12,345 nucleotides of DNA from Candidatus Sigynarchaeum calidifontis. GTDB taxonomy: Archaea; Asgardarchaeota; Lokiarchaeia; Sigyniarchaeales; Sigyniarchaeaceae. Below are positions 8,220 through 12,345 of this stretch, one piece after another; the first letter of the stretch is position 1; each line of letters begins with the position of its first letter. The stretch spans positions 1-12,345 of the forward strand of contig JAUQYZ020000037.1 of the NCBI GenBank assembly GCA_030587475.2, in the 5' to 3' direction. A program made the translations under genes and the position numbers. The notes beneath the pieces were generated by a model. The model saw only the letters and a program-made list of their open reading frames with translations, was not told the DNA's origin and made no database searches.

Positions 8220-8235
8220 CTTAAGTCCCTCGCCT

Positions 8236-8268
8236 ATAGCCGCTTGTTGACCCTATGTGATCAAGGAG
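8236..8268 (-). other. tRNA intron 2 (33 nt, D-loop, best position 21/22)
   Basis: Central helix GGCC/GGCU with 3-nt bulges AA^C and AU^A, and internal hairpin UUGAUC/GGUCAA. Removal restores the archaeal Leu-type D-loop GGCCAAAGGCG. Confidence 0.8.
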
Positions 8269-8278
8269 TTGGCCTGGC

Positions 8279-8310
8279 TTTGCCGACGATGCAATATGCA
8301 ATGCTCGTCC
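8279..8310 (-). other. tRNA intron 1 (32 nt, D-arm, best position 14/15)
   Basis: Relaxed BHB: central helix (A)GCC/GGC(A), bulge AA^G, intron helix GACGA/UCGUC, second cut AA^G. A flanking AAG repeat makes positions 12/13 to 15/16 sequence-equivalent. Confidence 0.8.
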
Positions 8311-8350
8311 TTGGCTACCTCTGCTGAACATTTTTTTTATCGGGTTAACT

Positions 8351-8422
8351 TCGATTTCCTTGGAGATCGACAGCATCGATAGCGGGACAACCTCCCGATG
8401 CTTACATCCCTAGAAGCATCGG
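8351..8422. repeat. Cluster of inverted repeats between the tRNA and the PL10 gene
   Basis: TCGATTTC/GAGATCGA (8351-8370, one G-T), perfect 9-bp CCGATGCTT/AAGCATCGG (8395-8422), and CGGGA/TCCCG (8383-8397). Confidence 0.6.
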
Positions 8423-8493
8423 AACGTTTTAATCCACTTGTGTCATGAGGCTGCATCCAACGGACAGTTGAAAGATGTATAGAATGAATTACC

Positions 8494-10560
8494 TCACGTG
8501 ATCGCATCCAGGTAATCGATGATGCGCATCGCGTTGTAGTAAAACATCTCGTCGTCGATCTTTCCCTCCCCGTCGAGCCAGAAACCGCTCGAATGGATGG
8601 TGGAGTTGGCATGCAACGCGCCCGACAAGAGCGATGATATCGAAGGGGGCGTGTCCCGCCACGCGATGTATTGTGAGATATTCTTGCCGCAAACATTTAT
8701 CAAGTAATCATATCGACTTAGCGTGCCGTTGATGCCATAGCTGCCGACCCACGAGTACCCGTAATCTCGCGAGGGCACGTAATCGTAATAATACACGATA
8801 CCGTTCCCCTGGTTGTTGCGGTTCCCGACGATCAAGTGGTTGGAACCAAGCTCGTAAAGGCGTGCCCAAATGAAATCGCCGGGGGCACTGGTGATGTTCC
8901 AGGCATCTTCGATCGTCGTGTTCGCGTCCGTCAACCACGCGACAGCCGCGGGGATCGGGTCGAGGTAGGTCTCGTTGCCCGTCCGCAAGTAGAGATCCAC
9001 GAGCATCTCGATGGCATGCGCCGTGTCGATGCTGCACATGGCGGGAGGCTCGAACCGCCTCGCCCACGCGGGCTGGTCATTCTTGTACTGCTGCGCCCAC
9101 GCGCCCGATTGCTTGGCGTTCGAACCGCAGCCGTGGCCTTGTACACGGATGAGGAATTGCCCCGCGCGTTCCGCTGCTTGCATGTACCGGGGATCCCCGA
9201 AAATGTCGTGTGCCTTGAACATGAGGTTCACGAGGTCTCGCATGCAATCGTCGTTCAACGTGACGTAGGACTGGTACTCGTCGGGGCCGTAGTTGGACCG
9301 CTGCGGCCAGCCCCCGCCGGGCTTTTCGAGCTGGAAGATGTAGTCGAGCCCGCGAAGTGCCGCGTTCCGGTACATGACATTTCCCGTGACGCTGTACATG
9401 TCGAGCAGGAATGCCAGCGCGGATTGCATGGTGTTGTCGTCGAACACGGCCGAGTGCATGGGATTCCTCGGGTGGGGTTGGTAGCCCTTGCCATCCGGGT
9501 ACAATCGCCCATCGTAGTAAAACCCGCCATTGCCCGCGTCTTGCACGGCCATCAATGCACGCGCCGCGGCCGCGGCGACGTTCAAGTACACGGGGTTCGG
9601 GTCGAGCTTGTACATCGACAAGTAGACGCCCGCGATCAAGGGCGTGCCACCCTGGATCGAGAACTCGCCGGGATGGAGGGGGCAACCGGGGCCTCGATCG
9701 CTGTAAAACTCGGACCCGTCGAGCAGTGCCTCGAGCGGGAACCCGCCTTGACTTTGTGTCGTCGTCATTTGCCACAACGCGCGCTCGAGCGTCTCGAGCA
9801 GGGAGCGATTTTCACCTGCCAGTGCATCGAGCGCCGCATTCGCGTGCCCACCCGCTTGGACAGCAGCGAGGTCATAGGCAGGAGCCGAAAAGCCGTGAAA
9901 GCCAGTAAAACATTTCTGGGGTAAGTTCAACACGTTCACGCCATACGTGATGATGGTTCCTGCGATCGCGAGCAGCATCGCCATGGCTTGGAGCTTTCCG
10001 ATGCTTTGTCGCGTGATGGCCGGGAAATGCCACTTCCGAATTTCCTGAACCGGGGAACGGATCTCCTTTCCCTTGCCACGCGAGATACCACGCAGCAGCA
10101 AATCAACATGGCAAGCGATCACGATGCAGAGGATGGCTAAGCTGGCAATGGACAAGAAGACGGCAGCGTTCATGAACTCGGCACCAATGTCTTGCAGCAA
10201 CGATCCAAAGCTCGTGCTGGTGAGGGCGAAAAGCACGATACCGACGAGGGTCAACGCCGAGTAAATGATCACGGGTACCAGCCCTTGTACGATCCACGCG
10301 TGCTGACCTTGTCGAGGCGCGCCTTGTTTCCGGGAAACGTCCTTGATCAACGCGAATGCATGGACATAGAGCCCGCTGCAGAGGGCGCCGAGCAGGCAGC
10401 AAAGGCCCGCGAATGCTTGCTGGTACGAGACGAACACGAGCATGGCACCGCCTAAAAAAACCGCGACCACGACCAGCAAGCCAACAAGGAGGCTTGCCAT
10501 GGTGATATCGAGCACTGCCAGGGTGGCTAGCGCGTGCTTTACCTTGGAAGGAGAATTCAT
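8494..10560 (-). CDS. Membrane-anchored pectate lyase, polysaccharide lyase family 10 (PelA-like)
   Basis: PL10-type motifs AVFDDNT, GGGWPQ, YVTLNDD, GAWAQQY, PAWARRFEPPA (catalytic Arg), AVAWL, WARLYE and GYSW. About 5 hydrophobic TM segments lie in the first ~210 aa. Confidence 0.85.
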   Translation of the reverse strand: MNSPSKVKHALATLAVLDITMASLLVGLLVVVAVFLGGAMLVFVSYQQAFAGLCCLLGALCSGLYVHAFALIKDVSRKQGAPRQGQHAWIVQGLVPVIIYSALTLVGIVLFALTSTSFGSLLQDIGAEFMNAAVFLSIASLAILCIVIACHVDLLLRGISRGKGKEIRSPVQEIRKWHFPAITRQSIGKLQAMAMLLAIAGTIITYGVNVLNLPQKCFTGFHGFSAPAYDLAAVQAGGHANAALDALAGENRSLLETLERALWQMTTTQSQGGFPLEALLDGSEFYSDRGPGCPLHPGEFSIQGGTPLIAGVYLSMYKLDPNPVYLNVAAAAARALMAVQDAGNGGFYYDGRLYPDGKGYQPHPRNPMHSAVFDDNTMQSALAFLLDMYSVTGNVMYRNAALRGLDYIFQLEKPGGGWPQRSNYGPDEYQSYVTLNDDCMRDLVNLMFKAHDIFGDPRYMQAAERAGQFLIRVQGHGCGSNAKQSGAWAQQYKNDQPAWARRFEPPAMCSIDTAHAIEMLVDLYLRTGNETYLDPIPAAVAWLTDANTTIEDAWNITSAPGDFIWARLYELGSNHLIVGNRNNQGNGIVYYYDYVPSRDYGYSWVGSYGINGTLSRYDYLINVCGKNISQYIAWRDTPPSISSLLSGALHANSTIHSSGFWLDGEGKIDDEMFYYNAMRIIDYLDAIT

Positions 10561-10583
10561 AAACGCTACTAGACCGGCCGTGG

Positions 10584-10589
10584 TTAAAA
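10584..10589 (-). promoter_or_regulatory. TATA-like box for the PL10 gene
   Basis: TTTTAA on the minus strand 24-29 bp upstream of the ATG at 10560. This spacing fits an archaeal leaderless transcript. Confidence 0.4.
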
Positions 10590-10673
10590 GCCGCGTGCCA
10601 CTTTCTGGGCAGCAAGCGCGTGGTTCCAGGTCGTTTTACACGATCTTGATATTCGCCAGGTCGAGGTGTTATG

Positions 10674-10731
10674 TTATAAAAACGAATAGACATCCCGCCT
10701 TTCGTGCAGAACGCGGCATGGTGATATATAA
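10674..10731. promoter_or_regulatory. TATA-like elements in the PL10/copA divergent intergenic region
   Basis: TTATAAAA (10674-10681) and ATATATAA (10724-10731) in otherwise GC-rich DNA. Which gene each serves is unclear. Confidence 0.4.
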
Positions 10732-10828
10732 GGTTCGACCTGGTTTACTTGGCAAAAGACTCGAGCAGATTGACGGCTGCCGGAGAAACCGTGCATATAG
10801 ATGCAAATAAAAAACAGGGAGAAACCTC

Positions 10829-12345
10829 ATGAGCAAACAAGAAATGCAAAGAAAAGCGAACCTGAAGATTTCCGGCATGACTTGTGCTTCATGCGTGGCC
10901 ACGATCGAGAAATCCGTCAAGAATCTCGACGGCGTGCTCGATATCAAGGTAAACTTGAGCACGGAAAATGCCTCGCTCGAGTATGACCCGGCCAAGGTCG
11001 ACCTGGGACAGGTCGAGAAAGTCGTGAGCGATCTCGGGTACAAGGTCGTGAACGAGCAAGTCGACGTCAAGATCGGCGGCATGCATTGTGCCGCCTGCGT
11101 TTCGACGCTTGAAAAGGCGATCGGTAGCGTGGACGGGGTTTCCAGCGTTGCCGTGAACCTGGCCGCGGAGAACGCGGTCGTCCGATACAATCCACAGGTC
11201 ACCACGGTCGACGATATAAAAAAGGCCATCGAAGGCGCCGGATACCAATACATGGGCAAGCGGGAAGATCTCACGATTGACGCGGAAACAGAGGCCGTCC
11301 GCAAAAACTTGACCGACAAGAAGCGACGAGCTCTTGTTGGCATGGGCGTTGGCATAATCCTTTTCATCATGATGTTCGCGTGGATTCCTGGCGAAATGGA
11401 CATGGAGGGGATGCAAGCTCGCATGTACGTGATGCTCGCTATCGCGACCCCGGCTTTTTTCTTCGCAAGTTTTCCGATCTTCAAGGCAATGCTATCTTCC
11501 CTCAAGAACCGCAGCTTGAACATGGACGTCATGTACGGCATGGGCATCGGCGTCGCGTACGGGGCCAGCGTGGCTGGCACGTTCCTCGGTGGCATCGTTC
11601 ACGAGCTCATGCAGTTCATGTTCTTCGACGCGGCGGTCATGCTGGCGGGCTTTCTCATGCTCGGCAGGTACCTCGAAACGAGGGCGAAGAGCCGGACATC
11701 CGACGCGATCAAGAAGCTCGTCGGCTTGCAACCCAGGACCGCGACGGTCATCCGGGAAGGCAAGGAGGTGACGATCGCAGCGGAAGAAATCCAGGCCGGC
11801 GACTTGATCATCGTCAAGCCGGGAGAGCGGCTGCCCGCGGACGGCATCGTGGTGAATGGCACGAGTTACGTTGACGAGTCGATGATCACGGGAGAACCCA
11901 TCCCCGTCTTGAAGCAAGTCGATAGCAAGGTCGTCGGTGGAACCATCAACAAGAACTCGGTGCTCCGCTTCACGGCGCAGAAGGTGGGCAAGGACACGGT
12001 GCTCTCGCAGATCATCAAGCTCGTGCAGGAAGCCCAGAGCACCAAGCCGCCGATCCAGAAGCTCGCGGACAAGGCGGTCACGTGGTTCATCCCGGTCGTG
12101 CTGGCCATCGCGATCGCCACTTTTTTGACCTGGTTGTTTGTACTTGGCGAATGGCTGAACCCGCTCACGCGCCTCATCACGATTCTTGTCGTGGCATGCC
12201 CGTGTGCGCTCGGGCTGGCCACGCCGACCGCGGTGACCGTGGGCATCGGGCGGGGCGCGGAGCTCGGCATCCTCATCAAGAATGGCGAGGTGCTCGAGAA
12301 GGTTAACAAGCTCACGACCGTCATCTTCGACAAGACCGGCACGCT
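10829..12345 (+). CDS. copA: Copper-translocating P1B-type ATPase, 3'-truncated by the window edge
   Basis: Not in the ORF track because there is no stop in the window. Read manually from ATG 10829: MSKQEMQRKANLKISGMTCASC..., a second HMA domain GMHCAAC, then NMDVM, GRYLE, PGERLPADG, VDESMITGE, the intramembrane CPCALGLATP motif and the phosphorylation motif DKTGT at the window end. Confidence 0.96.
   Translation, partial: MSKQEMQRKANLKISGMTCASCVATIEKSVKNLDGVLDIKVNLSTENASLEYDPAKVDLGQVEKVVSDLGYKVVNEQVDVKIGGMHCAACVSTLEKAIGSVDGVSSVAVNLAAENAVVRYNPQVTTVDDIKKAIEGAGYQYMGKREDLTIDAETEAVRKNLTDKKRRALVGMGVGIILFIMMFAWIPGEMDMEGMQARMYVMLAIATPAFFFASFPIFKAMLSSLKNRSLNMDVMYGMGIGVAYGASVAGTFLGGIVHELMQFMFFDAAVMLAGFLMLGRYLETRAKSRTSDAIKKLVGLQPRTATVIREGKEVTIAAEEIQAGDLIIVKPGERLPADGIVVNGTSYVDESMITGEPIPVLKQVDSKVVGGTINKNSVLRFTAQKVGKDTVLSQIIKLVQEAQSTKPPIQKLADKAVTWFIPVVLAIAIATFLTWLFVLGEWLNPLTRLITILVVACPCALGLATPTAVTVGIGRGAELGILIKNGEVLEKVNKLTTVIFDKTGT

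Larger units (their letters stand above)
8145..8324 (-). tRNA. tRNA-Leu(TAA) interrupted by three introns
   Basis: Exons 8324-8311, 8278-8269, 8235-8220 and 8189-8145 join to 85 nt: GCAGAGGTAGCCAA/GCCAGGCCAA/AGGCGAGGGACTTAAG/ATCCCTTCTCGAAGGAGTTCGCGGGTTCGAACCCCGCCCTCTGCA. Acceptor stem GCAGAGG/CCTCTGC, D-stem GCC/GGC, anticodon stem AGGGA/TCCCT with loop CT-TAA-GA (anticodon 8223-8221), variable arm CTC-GAAG-GAG, T arm GCGGG-TTCGAAC-CCCGC, discriminator A73. CCA is not encoded. Confidence 0.92.

Noticed and set aside
7867-8250. 127-aa plus-strand ORF crossing the tRNA
   Set aside because: Antisense to both the phosphatase and the tRNA gene, with no protein-like features.
8337-8696. 119-aa minus-strand ORF covering the tRNA/PL10 spacer
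   Set aside because: Overlaps the PL10 3' end out of frame, is R/S-rich and has no motif.
8836-9924. 362-aa plus-strand ORF and other nested ORFs in the PL10 gene
   Set aside because: Antisense or off-frame shadows of a gene with clear family motifs.
10669-12342. Minus-strand ORFs of 308, 175, 141 and 158 aa
   Set aside because: All are antisense to copA, which is the real gene and lacks a stop inside the window.
1-12345. CRISPR array, rRNA or defence-system genes
   Set aside because: No regularly spaced repeats, rRNA-like sequence or recognisable defence motifs seen.

Overview
GC-rich archaeal chromosomal region. The domain call rests on a tRNA gene with bulge-helix-bulge (BHB)-type introns and on TATA-like promoters. 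The gene style suggests an Asgard/Lokiarchaeia-like lineage, but that is inference only. Contents in order: the 3' end of a low-complexity protein with a C-terminal zinc ribbon; nitroreductase, SAM methyltransferase and alpha/beta hydrolase (all minus) divergent from a GH3 beta-glucosidase; a two-gene operon of unknown function (coiled-coil/helical protein plus ~10-TM membrane protein) behind a triple half-site operator; a low-molecular-weight phosphatase; a cryptic tRNA-Leu(TAA) gene split by THREE introns (8145-8324, minus); a membrane-anchored PL10 pectate lyase; and the 5' part of a copA P1B-ATPase that is missing from the ORF track. The most notable item is the triple-intron tRNA, which has a 10-nt micro-exon and an anticodon-arm intron containing a diverged second copy of the anticodon loop.
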